From Syntrophales bacterium (GTDB lineage: Bacteria; Desulfobacterota; Syntrophia; Syntrophales; UBA4778), in NCBI GenBank assembly GCA_963665615.2, contig CAXXQE010000008.1, forward strand, positions 558,001-622,000: a DNA stretch of 64,000 nucleotides, given 5' to 3'. Positions 18,620-29,099 of this stretch are shown in pieces. The notes beneath the pieces were generated by a model. The model was not told the DNA's origin. It did not search any database and saw only the letters and a program-made list of their open reading frames with translations. A program made the position numbers and the translations under genes. Position 1 is the stretch's first letter. Each line of letters begins with the position of its first letter.

Positions 18620-21600
18620 ATGGACAAAATCAAACTCATCAAAGTCACCCAGAACAACCTCAAAGGGTTCGACCTCGACATTCCCCTCGGAAAACTCGTC
18701 GTGATCACCGGTGTGAGCGGCGCTGGCAAGTCCTCGCTTGCCTTCGATGTCCTCTATGCGGAGGGGCAGCGCCGCTATGTCGAGACCTTCTCTCCTTATG
18801 CGCGACAGTTCATGGAGCGGATGGACCGGCCGCAGGCGGAGCGGATCGAAGGGATTCCCCCGGCGCTGGCGATCGCACAGGGCGACACGATCAAGACCTC
18901 CCGCTCGACGGTGGGGACGATCACTGAACTCAACGATTATCTGAAGCTCCTCTTCGCCCGAATGGCAGTCCTTTTCTGCGAGGGATGCGGTCGACCGGTC
19001 CGACGCGACACTCCGCAGACGATCTATCAGGCCCTGACCAATCTCGCAGAGAAGACCCCTGTCGTTCTCACCTTTCCGGCGACTCTCGCGACGAAAGGGC
19101 GAGACGCTGAAGACGGCGGCCGCCGGGTACTGGAGCGTGCGGGCTTCTATCGCGTCTGGCGTGACGGGGCGTTTCATCCCATCGAAGACGCTCCGTCGGG
19201 CGCACAGGATATCGTGGTCGACCGGCTTCAGTTCAAATCCGCCGAGCGCAAGCGGATTATCGATTCGATCGAGACGACCCTGAAGCAAGGCGGGCGTGTC
19301 GATGCGCATCTGCCCGGCGGCGAGATCCGGCGATTCAGCGCTGCCCTGTCCTGTCCGCACTGCGGCATTCCGTATCGGGATGCTACGGCGAATCTCTTTT
19401 CGTACAACTCCCCTGCAGGGGCCTGTGACCGGTGTCGCGGATTCGGTCGCACGATCGACATCGACCTGGACCTCATCATTCCGGATCGCACGAAGTCCAT
19501 CCGCGAGGGCGCCGTCAAGCCCTGGACGGGAATCGCCAAGATGGAATTTGCGGATCTCCTCGGTTTCTGCCGCCGCCGCAAGATTCCGGTCGATATCCCC
19601 TTTGAGACACTTTCCCCGGAACAGCAAACATTGATCATCGAGGGTGATGACGACTTTTATGGCGTTCGCGGGTTCTTCGAGTGGCTGGAGACAAAACGCT
19701 ACAAGTTGCACGTCCGCGTCTTTCTGGCGCGCTACCGGGGCTACCGGATCTGTCCGGATTGCGGCGGCACGCGGTTCAAGAAAGAAACGCTCTTGTGGCG
19801 GATCGGCGGCAGGAACATCGGTGAAGTCAATGCGCTGACGATCGCCGAGGCCCTCGCTTTTTTCCGCGCCTTAACGGAAGATCAGGAACAGGGCGCAAAG
19901 GACGAGGCAGTCGCGGTCCTGCTGGCGGAGGTTCGCCACCGGCTGCAATACCTGGTGGATGTCGGCCTTGACTACCTGACCCTCGACCGGCAGTCGCGGA
20001 CCCTTTCCGGCGGCGAGGTCGAGCGCGTGAGTCTCACGAAAGCACTGGGCTCGTCACTGGTCGATACGCTCTATATCCTCGATGAGCCGACGATCGGGCT
20101 CCACCCGCGAGACAGCGGCCGCCTGCTTTCCACGCTCCAGCACCTGCGCGACCTGGGCAATACCGTCGTGGTTGTCGAACACGACCCCGAAATCATTCGC
20201 GGCGCAGACCATGTAATCGATCTGGGACCGGCTGCGGGCGAGCGCGGCGGCGAGGTTCTCTACAACGGTCCACTCAAGGGGCTGCTCGCAAAACGCGATT
20301 CCCTGACGGCCGGATACCTCACCGGCACACTGGCGATCCCCGTGCCGAAGGCGCGGCGCGTATCCGACCGCCGGATTACCCTGTGCGGTGCGGCAGAGCA
20401 CAACCTGAAGGATCTGGACGTTCCGCTCCCGCTGGGGGCGCTCGTGGCGATTACCGGTGTCTCGGGTTCGGGGAAGAGCACGCTGGGGATCGATATCCTC
20501 TACCGCGGGATTCAACAGCTCAAAGGTCACGTCGAGGAGAAACCGGGGCGCTTTGTGCGGCTTGATGGCGCCGAGGGCATCGACGAGGTGATCCTCGTGG
20601 ACCAGACGCCCATCGGGAAGACCCCGCGTGCCACGCCGATTACCTATCTGAAGGCCTTCGATCCGATTCGCGCTCTGTTGGCCGCGCAGCCCCTCGCAAA
20701 GGAGCAGGGGCTGACGGCATCGTCCTTTTCCTTCAACACGCCCGCGGAGAAGGGCGGGGGGCGCTGCGAGGTCTGTGCGGGCGAGGGTTTCGAGAAGATC
20801 GAGATGCAGTTTCTGTCGGATGTCTATGTTCCTTGCGGTGCTTGCGGCGGCAGGCGCTTTACCGCCGGGTTGCTCGATATTGCCTGGTGCGGAAAGACCA
20901 TCACTGACATCCTCGCGATGACGGTCTCGGAGGGCTTGGGCTTTTTCGCAAACAACCGCAGGATTACTCAGCCCCTTAAGGTTGCGGCCTCCGTCGGCCT
21001 CGGCTATTTGCGACTGGGTCAGCCGATCAATACCCTGTCAGGAGGAGAGGCCCAGCGCCTCAAGCTGGCACGCGAAATCGGCCAGAAGAAAACGACCAAT
21101 GCACTCTTCATTTTCGACGAACCCTCGGTTGGTCTGCATCCGCAGGATGTCTCGCTGCTGATCCGCGTCTTCAATCAGCTTGTCGACGAAGGACACAGCG
21201 TCGTTTTTATCGAGCATAATCCGGAACTGATCAAATGCGCCGATCATGTCATCGACCTCGGTCCGGAAGGCGGCGATCGTGGCGGTTCGCTTGTGGCGTC
21301 AGGAACGCCTGAGGAAATTATGCGAGTTGCCGTGTCGCAGACGGGACGGGCGCTCAGGCCCTACCTGCAGAAAAAGGCATTTCAAGTTGATGCGATGGCG
21401 AAGCCGCGGACGACGGTACCCGCCACGAAGGCCGTCTGCGTGAGCGGCGCGCGCGAGCACAATTTGCGGGACATTTCCGTCTGTATTCCGCGGGAGAAAC
21501 TCGTCGTTGTGACCGGCGTCAGCGGCTCGGGCAAATCGACCCTCGCCTTCGACATCGTCTTTGCCGAAGGGCAGCGTCGTTATCTCGAATGCCTTCCCAC

Positions 21601-23911
21601 CTATATTCGGCAGTATCTCAAGATCATGGAGCGACCGGAGATCGATCATATCACCGGCATTCCGCCGACCGTGGCCATCGAGCAGCGTGCGAGCCGGTCG
21701 GGGCGTCGCTCGACCGTAGCGACGCTGACGGAGATCTATCATTACCTGCGGCTTCTCTACAGCAAGCTGGGGGTGCAGCACTGTCCGGACTGCGGCGAGG
21801 CGATCGAGGCCTATCCAGCGGAGGCGCTTGTCGACCAGATTCTGGCACACTACCGGGGCAAGCGGATCGGGATTCTCGCCCCTGTCATCATCGGGCGCAA
21901 GGGCATCCATCGCGACCTCCTCGCGGGCTATGCGAAGGCGGGGCATCGTGAGGCCCTGATCGACGGTCGCCGCCTGGCGCTCGATCCTGTCCCCGCACTC
22001 GATCGTTTTCGTGAGCACGACATCGACCTTGTGATTGCCGAGGTGCTCCTGAACAAGACCGGGCGTGCCGTCCTGGATGACGCCGTGCAGCGAGCATTGT
22101 CGCTCGGCAAAGGGGTTTTGCGGGTTCTCGACAATCGGGGCAAGACAGCGACATACAGCGAGCGGGCCTATTGCTTCCGCTGCAATCGGGGCTTCGAAGC
22201 CCTTGACCCGCGCCTCTTTTCCTTTAACAGCCGGCAGGGGGCCTGCCCGACCTGCGACGGCCTGGGTGTTCTTGAAAACGACGCAACGTGTCCCGACTGC
22301 CGCGGCAAGCGGCTGCGCCCGGAGGCCTTGGCAGTCAAACTCCAGGGATGGGGGATCGGGGCGCTGACAGGGCTCTCGGTCCTGGAGGCGGGACGCGTCC
22401 TGAGCGGTTTCCGCTTTGATCGCCGCGAGACGGCGATCGTTTCGGGGATTCTTCGGGAGCTCATGCCGCGCTTTGATTTTCTGAAACAGGTCGGCCTCGA
22501 TTACCTGACACTGGATCGCGCAGGGGATACGCTTTCCGGCGGCGAGTCGCAACGCATCCGTCTGGCGGCGCAGCTCGGCTCCAACATGCGCGGCGCCTGT
22601 TACGTCCTGGACGAGCCGACGATCGGACTCCATCCGCGCGACAACCGGCGACTGGTCCGGACGCTGCGCGATCTCCAGAGCCGCGGCAATTCGATCATCG
22701 TGGTGGAGCACGACGAAGAGACGATCCGTGCGGCTGATCATGTGATCGATCTCGGTCCCGGCGCGGGGCCGAACGGCGGCCGGATCGTGGCCGAGGGAAC
22801 GCTTGCCGATATTGAACGTTGTGCCGAATCGGTGACAGGGGCCTATCTCCGCCACGCCGAGAAGGAGCGAATTACCTCGCGCGGGCGCACGGCGCAGGTG
22901 GATCGTTGGCTAATACTGGAGGGGGCCGAGCGCCACAACCTCAAAGGGGTGGACGTGCGGATTCCATTGGGGACGCTGACCTGTGTCACGGGTGTAAGCG
23001 GTTCCGGAAAATCGACCCTTGTCAAGGAGATCCTCTATCATGCCCTGGCGAGCCGGCTGTCCCGAGAGGAAACGATCAGGGATCCGGGTGGCTATCGATT
23101 GATCGACGGTTGGCAGCATTTGACGCGTGTCGTGGAGATCGACCACTCCCCGATCGGGCGAACGCCCCGCTCGACCCCGGCGACCTATATCGGCCTCTTC
23201 GACGACATCCGCAAGCTTTTCGCGATCGTTCCCGATGCACGCACCCGGGGCTACAGTGCAAGCCGCTTTTCCTTTAATGTGGCGGGCGGACGGTGTGAGG
23301 CCTGCGCGGGGCAGGGACGCATCCGTGTCGAAATGGATTTTCTCCCGGAGATCTATGTCCACTGCGAGGTCTGCGGCGGCCGTCGATTCAATGAAGAGAC
23401 GCTGGCGATCCGCTATCACGGCAAGACGATTCACGAGGTGTTGGAAATGAGCTTCGGCGAAGGGCTGGAATTCTTTGCCGCGATTCCCCGGATTCGTCAA
23501 GGGGTGCAGCTCCTGGTCGATATCGGCCTGGATTATCTGACCTTCGGGCAGGCGAGCCCGACCCTCTCCGGCGGCGAGGCGCAACGGATCAAGCTGGCGC
23601 GCCAACTGGCAACGGCCTCCTCCGACAAGACCCTATATATTCTCGACGAGCCGACGACGGGTCTGCATCTGGCGGACATCGACAAACTCCTCGCCATCCT
23701 CCATCGGCTGGTGGATCGCGGGGCGACGGTGCTCGTGATCGAGCACAATCTGCGGGTGATTAAGGAGGCGGATCATATCCTTGACATGGGACCGGAGGGG
23801 GGCGAGGCAGGCGGGCGCCTTATCGCCAAAGGGTCGCCTTCAGAACTCATCCGGCAGACCAGGATCTCGCAGACTGCGAGGTTTTTGAAGGAATACATCG
23901 GCAAAAAATAA
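18620..23911 (+). CDS. uvrA: Excinuclease ABC subunit A, double-length form (two UvrA units, four ABC ATPase sites)
   Basis: Four Walker A (GVSGAGKS, 3x GVSGSGKS), four LSGGE signatures with DEP Walker B, two EGQRRY motifs, multiple CxxC Zn fingers. Confidence 0.93.
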   Translation: MDKIKLIKVTQNNLKGFDLDIPLGKLVVITGVSGAGKSSLAFDVLYAEGQRRYVETFSPYARQFMERMDRPQAERIEGIPPALAIAQGDTIKTSRSTVGTITELNDYLKLLFARMAVLFCEGCGRPVRRDTPQTIYQALTNLAEKTPVVLTFPATLATKGRDAEDGGRRVLERAGFYRVWRDGAFHPIEDAPSGAQDIVVDRLQFKSAERKRIIDSIETTLKQGGRVDAHLPGGEIRRFSAALSCPHCGIPYRDATANLFSYNSPAGACDRCRGFGRTIDIDLDLIIPDRTKSIREGAVKPWTGIAKMEFADLLGFCRRRKIPVDIPFETLSPEQQTLIIEGDDDFYGVRGFFEWLETKRYKLHVRVFLARYRGYRICPDCGGTRFKKETLLWRIGGRNIGEVNALTIAEALAFFRALTEDQEQGAKDEAVAVLLAEVRHRLQYLVDVGLDYLTLDRQSRTLSGGEVERVSLTKALGSSLVDTLYILDEPTIGLHPRDSGRLLSTLQHLRDLGNTVVVVEHDPEIIRGADHVIDLGPAAGERGGEVLYNGPLKGLLAKRDSLTAGYLTGTLAIPVPKARRVSDRRITLCGAAEHNLKDLDVPLPLGALVAITGVSGSGKSTLGIDILYRGIQQLKGHVEEKPGRFVRLDGAEGIDEVILVDQTPIGKTPRATPITYLKAFDPIRALLAAQPLAKEQGLTASSFSFNTPAEKGGGRCEVCAGEGFEKIEMQFLSDVYVPCGACGGRRFTAGLLDIAWCGKTITDILAMTVSEGLGFFANNRRITQPLKVAASVGLGYLRLGQPINTLSGGEAQRLKLAREIGQKKTTNALFIFDEPSVGLHPQDVSLLIRVFNQLVDEGHSVVFIEHNPELIKCADHVIDLGPEGGDRGGSLVASGTPEEIMRVAVSQTGRALRPYLQKKAFQVDAMAKPRTTVPATKAVCVSGAREHNLRDISVCIPREKLVVVTGVSGSGKSTLAFDIVFAEGQRRYLECLPTYIRQYLKIMERPEIDHITGIPPTVAIEQRASRSGRRSTVATLTEIYHYLRLLYSKLGVQHCPDCGEAIEAYPAEALVDQILAHYRGKRIGILAPVIIGRKGIHRDLLAGYAKAGHREALIDGRRLALDPVPALDRFREHDIDLVIAEVLLNKTGRAVLDDAVQRALSLGKGVLRVLDNRGKTATYSERAYCFRCNRGFEALDPRLFSFNSRQGACPTCDGLGVLENDATCPDCRGKRLRPEALAVKLQGWGIGALTGLSVLEAGRVLSGFRFDRRETAIVSGILRELMPRFDFLKQVGLDYLTLDRAGDTLSGGESQRIRLAAQLGSNMRGACYVLDEPTIGLHPRDNRRLVRTLRDLQSRGNSIIVVEHDEETIRAADHVIDLGPGAGPNGGRIVAEGTLADIERCAESVTGAYLRHAEKERITSRGRTAQVDRWLILEGAERHNLKGVDVRIPLGTLTCVTGVSGSGKSTLVKEILYHALASRLSREETIRDPGGYRLIDGWQHLTRVVEIDHSPIGRTPRSTPATYIGLFDDIRKLFAIVPDARTRGYSASRFSFNVAGGRCEACAGQGRIRVEMDFLPEIYVHCEVCGGRRFNEETLAIRYHGKTIHEVLEMSFGEGLEFFAAIPRIRQGVQLLVDIGLDYLTFGQASPTLSGGEAQRIKLARQLATASSDKTLYILDEPTTGLHLADIDKLLAILHRLVDRGATVLVIEHNLRVIKEADHILDMGPEGGEAGGRLIAKGSPSELIRQTRISQTARFLKEYIGKK

Positions 23912-24029
23912 AGCCGAACCAGCATTCCGCCTCATATCGGCGGGTAACATACCATGCTTGCAGGATGGACTGGACAGGACACTGCATTGAGCCCATCCTT
24001 TCTCCTTTTACGCTCAACCATACCACGGC

Positions 24030-24164
24030 ATGGAGCAATGGGGAGTGGTCTCTTTCACATTGACGGGGGGAGACAGTCCAGACAACGTTCCTGCGCCCGC
24101 AACGCTCATCATGTTCAGCATCGGCCTGTTGGCGCTGGTTCAACTGCGCAGACGTATGGCATAG
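24030..24164 (+). pseudogene. Remnant encoding a PEP-CTERM-like C-terminal sorting signal
   Basis: Reads ...DNVPAPATLIMFSIGLLALVQLRRRMA*; no signal peptide or long upstream frame (in-frame TGA at 23988). Confidence 0.65.
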
Positions 24165-24172
24165 ACGTCGCG

Positions 24173-24286
24173 GGGATCATTGGCCGACGCTTTCTGGATT
24201 CACATCCAGAGAGCGTCGGCCAATGATCCCTGACCCGTTTCTCAGAAATCGGGGGTTCCCGGAGATTGCTCCAGGAACCCCCGATT
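24173..24286. other. Two adjacent long inverted repeats (27 bp and 18 bp stems)
   Basis: 24173-24199 pairs with 24204-24230 (one T.G); 24247-24264 pairs with 24269-24286 (one mismatch). Confidence 0.85.
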
Positions 24287-24399
24287 ATTATTACAATCCG
24301 TTTTCCCTGTTGCCTCCTATTCACAGATTATCTGGTTGTTTTCGTTGCGGGCGTTTCCTCCCGACCTCCGACCGGACGTTCTGTTTCGATCTGTTATTT

Positions 24400-24415
24400 T
24401 GTGACTCGCCTCACC
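24400..24415. promoter_or_regulatory. CRP/FNR-family-like box upstream of FN3 gene 1
   Basis: TGTGA-ctcgcc-TCACC; arms conserved in the paralogous region at 25109. Confidence 0.5.
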
Positions 24416-24647
24416 GTAATCGGACTTGCATTCCTGTATTGAATAGCCGTGCGCAAGAGAAAAAACGGCACTCAGTAAAATCTGTCCAGTTCCCGCAGTA
24501 TTTTTTCCTCTCTCCAAGTGCTTTCTGGGTAGCAAACGCGCCGCCGCTCAACATCCATATATCGTGAGTGAACGACGCAATCCGCTTTTCAAAGTTCCGC
24601 ACAATGCCCTGAGGCATCAAGATTTATTTTGGAAGAGGAGAAGTATC

Positions 24648-25019
24648 ATGTCTTATCGTCCGTTCTTATCAAAAGCAGGAAGAGGTTTTTCAGTCGCCGC
24701 CGTGTTTGTTGCCATTTGCGCCATGGTCGGCTTATTGGCGCTGCCCATAAGCAGTCATGCAGCGGGTGCGGTTAGCCTGAGTTGGGGTCCGAACCCGGAA
24801 CCGGATATTGCCGGTTACAAGGTCTACTATGGAACCACTCGGGGGAGTTACACCGCGAAACTGAATGTCGGGAAATATACCGGCTGCGTGATCTCGGGGT
24901 TGACTATGGGGAAGACCTATTATTTCGTTGCGACCGCCTATAACGCGGACGGTTTGGAGAGCAACTACTCGACGGTGCTGAGCTATACGGTGCCCCTGAC
25001 GACTGCGAGTATTCCCTAG
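24648..25019 (+). CDS. Small secreted single fibronectin type III domain protein, copy 1
   Basis: GAGGAG SD, signal peptide ending SHA, VSLSW..N.EPDIAGYKVYYG...SGL..GKTYYFVATAYN..GLES.YS. Confidence 0.88.
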   Translation: MSYRPFLSKAGRGFSVAAVFVAICAMVGLLALPISSHAAGAVSLSWGPNPEPDIAGYKVYYGTTRGSYTAKLNVGKYTGCVISGLTMGKTYYFVATAYNADGLESNYSTVLSYTVPLTTASIP

Positions 25020-25108
25020 AAAAACAGGTCGTCACTCTGGTTAAAGCGGATCGCCGTTAGAGTGTGCCTTCGTGTCTGACGGGCTGAGCAATATTTAATC
25101 TGGTTTTT

Positions 25109-25124
25109 TGTGATCGTGCTCACC
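25109..25124. promoter_or_regulatory. CRP/FNR-family-like box upstream of FN3 gene 2
   Basis: TGTGA-tcgtgc-TCACC. Confidence 0.5.
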
Positions 25125-25338
25125 GTCATCTGGTTTGTCCTCCTGTATTGAATAGCCGTGCGTTAGTGAAAAAACGGCAACCCGTTTATTCAGACAGTAT
25201 GCATCCTTCTCTCATATCACTTGCCGGGTTGCACTGGCGCCATCGCTTGAAGACGTGGGCGATAGGCGCAATCGGATTTTCAAGGGTTCGCACAATGCCA
25301 GAAGGCATCCAGATTTTTGGGGTAAAAGGAGAAACACC

Positions 25339-25767
25339 ATGTCTCACAATCTGTCATCGCCAAAAGCAGATAAGGGTTTTTTAGTCGCCGCCGTGTTTGC
25401 CGTCATTTGCATCATGGTCGGCTTAGTGGCGCTGCCCGTGAGCAGCTATGCGGCGAGTGCTGTCAGTCTGTCCTGGAGCGCGGCCACGGAACCGGATATT
25501 GCCGGTTACAAGGTTTACTATGGAACCACTCAGGGCAGTTTCAGCGCGAAACTGAATGTCGGGAAATATACCGGCTGCGTGATCTCGGGGTTGACTGCGG
25601 GGAAGACCTATTATTTCGTTGCGACCGCCTATAACGCGGACGGTTTGGAGAGCAACTACTCGACGGTGCTGAGCTATACGGTGCCCAGTCTGACGAGCAA
25701 GACGACCGCAACGACCGCAGTGTATTCGTCTGCGAGTTCGACCAGTACCTTGGCAAGCAGCAGATAA
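25339..25767 (+). CDS. Small secreted FN3 domain protein, copy 2, with Ser/Thr-rich tail
   Basis: AAGGAG SD; near-identical FN3 core to copy 1; tail TSKTTATTAVYSSASSTSTLASSR. Confidence 0.88.
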   Translation: MSHNLSSPKADKGFLVAAVFAVICIMVGLVALPVSSYAASAVSLSWSAATEPDIAGYKVYYGTTQGSFSAKLNVGKYTGCVISGLTAGKTYYFVATAYNADGLESNYSTVLSYTVPSLTSKTTATTAVYSSASSTSTLASSR

Positions 25768-25855
25768 CATTGGCAGGATATGCGCGCTGCGCATTTCGTG
25801 CTGCTGACGTCGGATTTGCCATTTCCCGTAAACGGGTCAATATTGAAAGGCCTGG

Positions 25856-26470
25856 TTATCGGAATAGATGCCGGCGATAGAAGGCCAGCTCCGCGATGGA
25901 GGCCTGCACATCGTAATAGGCGTCGTGACTGGCCAGATCGGCCAGGGAGGCTTCGGGGAAATAGATCCGTAGCTCATCGGGATTTTCCTTGTCGAGTTGC
26001 TGCCTGCGATTGCAGCGCTGCCATTGCAATTTGAGAGCAGTTACGTCGAGGAGTCGGTAATGCATCAGGCTTCCGAACTTGGGAAGGAAGCGCTGCATCA
26101 GGCGCCAATCCATCTGAATGCTGTTACCGGCCAAAATCGGTCGCTCCTTCGTATCCCCTGGAAGCGTCTTCAAGGCATCGCTGACATAACGACTCAACAG
26201 TTCGTCAGCCTTGCCGATATCGACTGCCTGGTTTGATCGGCACCCCTTCAAGAGTTCCTTCAGATTTTCCTCAACCCACTGGCTGACCTGTTGCGATTCC
26301 GCTAGACGGATGACCAGACGAATATCCCGATCTTGCGGCAGGACGCGCTCCAGCCGCGTATTCGTAATCAGCGCCGCAACCTGAAGAAGACAAGCCTCCT
26401 CCAGGTCCAGCGTCGAATATTCGGTATCAAACCAGACGTACAAGGCTTCTGTTTTTTTAAACGGTGTCAT
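25856..26470 (-). CDS. orn: Oligoribonuclease-like DEDDh exonuclease
   Basis: VWFDTE..LD, LAGNSI..D, HYRLLDVT, HDAYYDV.ASIAEL.FYR; AGGAG SD. Confidence 0.8.
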   Translation of the reverse strand: MTPFKKTEALYVWFDTEYSTLDLEEACLLQVAALITNTRLERVLPQDRDIRLVIRLAESQQVSQWVEENLKELLKGCRSNQAVDIGKADELLSRYVSDALKTLPGDTKERPILAGNSIQMDWRLMQRFLPKFGSLMHYRLLDVTALKLQWQRCNRRQQLDKENPDELRIYFPEASLADLASHDAYYDVQASIAELAFYRRHLFR

Positions 26471-26715
26471 CGTGGACTCCTGAAAAGGGATTACGACCAA
26501 TCTTCCGAAGCGTATAAAGAACTTTATCATAAAATGCTTCTCCCCAATAAATCCATAGAAGATTCTCCGTCTTTTTGGAAACGGTTTCCTGACGGGATTC
26601 GTTTATCCGGCAGCAAACGCGCAGCGCATGCTCACAGCCGGATTCGAAAAATCTCATTGACAAGGTCGTTTTTTTGGTGAGCATAATAACTATATTGGTA
26701 TTCTTTTGTATGCCT

Positions 26716-26829
26716 TCGATGCCTGAGGGTATTGCTCGCTGCTTGCTGCCGGGTAAGCGAGCGAAGCATGAATAGACATCTTCCTTAGGGATCGGAGATT
26801 CGCCGGCGTTTACACCGGTGAGCCTTCAA
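26716..26829 (+). repeat. Palindromic element, family C
   Basis: GCTTGCTGCCGGGTAAGCGAGCGAA...CTTCCTTAGGGATCGGAGATTCGCCGG...CCGGTGAGCCTTCAA. Confidence 0.75.
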
Positions 26830-26879
26830 CATTTTGTTGGCCGGCAAAGCCTGCGGTCGTGATTCGGGGAGGCGCTGAA

Positions 26880-27119
26880 ATGAGACGGATGACGCTTGTG
26901 CTGATGACAGTCACGCTCCTGGCCGGTTGTGGGCCCGGGAAACCAGAAGTAACGCCTTCGCCGGACTCCGGACGTGCGGAGACACGGAGGCTGGAAGCGG
27001 CCAGAGCAGCGGGCTATGATGGCACGGCTGTCCGGCGGTCTGTCGACAAGGTGTTGGATCAAACTGACGCCAGAAACGCCGAAACGGCGCGGATCGTCGA
27101 TGCGGCGCATGGAAAATAA
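26880..27119 (+). CDS. Small hypothetical lipoprotein
   Basis: GGAGG SD; MRRMTLVLMTVTLLAGC lipobox. Confidence 0.8.
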   Translation: MRRMTLVLMTVTLLAGCGPGKPEVTPSPDSGRAETRRLEAARAAGYDGTAVRRSVDKVLDQTDARNAETARIVDAAHGK

Positions 27120-27162
27120 CTGAGAACCCTGTATCCCTTAACCCTTACGGGGATGTTTTGTC

Positions 27163-28890
27163 ATGACGATTCTGATTCCGAACACCACCAGCCTGATCCG
27201 CAGGGAGATTCCGGCCCTCAAGTCCCGCGACATGCGCATTGCCCGCGAGCAGCAGATGAAGCGCTCATGGTCGATCGCACCCGACGAATTCTTCCGGATC
27301 TTTCAGGATGAACCGTTCCGACTGGAAGTGACCTTTACGGAGGTCAATCCGTCCGCGCGGGTCAAACTCTATTCCAATCTGCTTGGCGAAGACAACGGCT
27401 GGGGCGAGATCGAATTCACGAAAAGTGATACGGGTCGTTTCTCTCTGTCAGTCCTGCCTAAGCAGTGCGGAATTTTTCTCTTTAAAATTAAGCATTCACC
27501 GGATTCCGGCAAAACCTGGTACTGGGACCGAGCGCCCTTTTCCAAGGTGATCATCGATCCGGCCTGTGCCAAAGACATCCGGATGTACACGTTGCTGCCG
27601 AATGTGTCGGGGCATATCGGCAACTGGATCGCCGCGCTGGATCATATCCGCGACCTGGGATTCAATATGGTTCACCTCTTGCCAATTACCGCCATGGGCT
27701 ACTCCGAGAGTCCCTATGCCGCCAATGACCTTTTCAGCATTGATCCATCCTTTCTCGATCCGCATGATTCCCGATCCGGTCTCGACCAATTCGAGGATTT
27801 TGTCCGGTCGGCGCAGGTGAGGGGGCTGAGGCTCTGCATCGATCTCGTCTTGAATCACATCGGGATTTCCAGCCACATGGTTCAGCGCTGTCCGGAATGG
27901 ATCGTGGCGGATAGAAACGAGCGAGATGGCCTGCTGCGGGCCGGCTGTTGGCACATGAACAAGTGGATCCGCTGGGGGGATTTGGTGCGAATCCAGTATG
28001 ACCATCCCGAGCCGACGATGCAGCGGGAATTGTGGGCCTATATGAAACAGTATGGGTTGTTCTGGGCGAACTATGCTGCCTACACCGGCGGGATGGTCCG
28101 CTTCGACAACCTGCATTCGAGCGATCCGGCTTTTATTGCAGAGATGACCCGCACACTGCGCGAGATTTACCCCGATCTCATCCTCCAGGCGGAGTTTTTT
28201 TCGGATTCCAACACCCTGCTGAAGACGGCGGGCAAGTGCGAACTGAACCTCCTGCTGGCTAACCCCTGGGAGCATCCCTTTGCCGAGCCTTTGCGCGAAT
28301 ACCTGCTATACCTGCACGATATCCATCGGGAGTTGCGCTTCCTCGCGCCGCTGTCCACCCACGACACAGGGGCGCCTGCCCAACTCTACGGGGCGCCCGA
28401 GGCCGCAGTGATGCGCTATTTCACCTTGGCGCTTTTCGGGACCGGTCAAACCGGGATGGTTCAGGGCACGGAACACGGGGTTCCTGAAAAGATCAATTTT
28501 ATCGGGCGGTTTCGAAAAGTGTTTTTCCCGATGCCCAACCGCTTCAACGACGAAATCCGGAAGATCAACCGACTTCATCAGACCTATGCGCTCTTCCACG
28601 AGGGGGGCAATATCCGTTTTATCGATGAAGGTCACGGGGCGGTACTTGCCGCAGTCCGTCAGGGTAGGTCGTGTCCCGGAGAGCAATTCCTTCTGGTCGC
28701 CAACCTCGACACGTCGCATCCGTACAAAATTTCGCTGGATCTTTCCGGTATCCTCCGGAAGGGGACCGTCCTGCATGAGTTGGTGCATGAAGATCGCTCC
28801 ATACCGGCAAGCGATACACTGGAACTGGAGATAGAGGCGTTCGGGATGCGGGCCTATCGCATCGAATTCGACAGCGACCGGGACAAGTGA
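27163..28890 (+). CDS. GH13 alpha-amylase-family enzyme resembling the glucanotransferase domain of glycogen debranching enzyme
   Basis: GFNMVHLLPI, SPYA, DLVLNH, WGD, VRFDNLHS (nucleophile), AEFF (acid/base), THD. Confidence 0.8.
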   Translation: MTILIPNTTSLIRREIPALKSRDMRIAREQQMKRSWSIAPDEFFRIFQDEPFRLEVTFTEVNPSARVKLYSNLLGEDNGWGEIEFTKSDTGRFSLSVLPKQCGIFLFKIKHSPDSGKTWYWDRAPFSKVIIDPACAKDIRMYTLLPNVSGHIGNWIAALDHIRDLGFNMVHLLPITAMGYSESPYAANDLFSIDPSFLDPHDSRSGLDQFEDFVRSAQVRGLRLCIDLVLNHIGISSHMVQRCPEWIVADRNERDGLLRAGCWHMNKWIRWGDLVRIQYDHPEPTMQRELWAYMKQYGLFWANYAAYTGGMVRFDNLHSSDPAFIAEMTRTLREIYPDLILQAEFFSDSNTLLKTAGKCELNLLLANPWEHPFAEPLREYLLYLHDIHRELRFLAPLSTHDTGAPAQLYGAPEAAVMRYFTLALFGTGQTGMVQGTEHGVPEKINFIGRFRKVFFPMPNRFNDEIRKINRLHQTYALFHEGGNIRFIDEGHGAVLAAVRQGRSCPGEQFLLVANLDTSHPYKISLDLSGILRKGTVLHELVHEDRSIPASDTLELEIEAFGMRAYRIEFDSDRDK

Positions 28891-29099
28891 GAGGATCAAG
28901 CATAAATCTGTTTTCCAAAGGATTGAAGCCTCACAGGAGCATGATCCGATGAGTCTCCAATCGGCGTCCTTCCGCGATAATCTCCTTGACACCCCGCTCG
29001 GCGCTATGCCAAGTTCTTGAGCCTCAAAGCGGGGGCGGGTTTATGGGGCGCTTGTCCTGCTGACCCTTTCCCGTTCAAAATCAAAAAAGGAGATCAACC

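Noticed and set aside
24796..25686. Near-identical FN3 repeats as a diversity-generating retroelement TR/VR pair
   Set aside because: Differences are not adenine-specific, both copies are full genes with duplicated upstream DNA, and no reverse transcriptase is present
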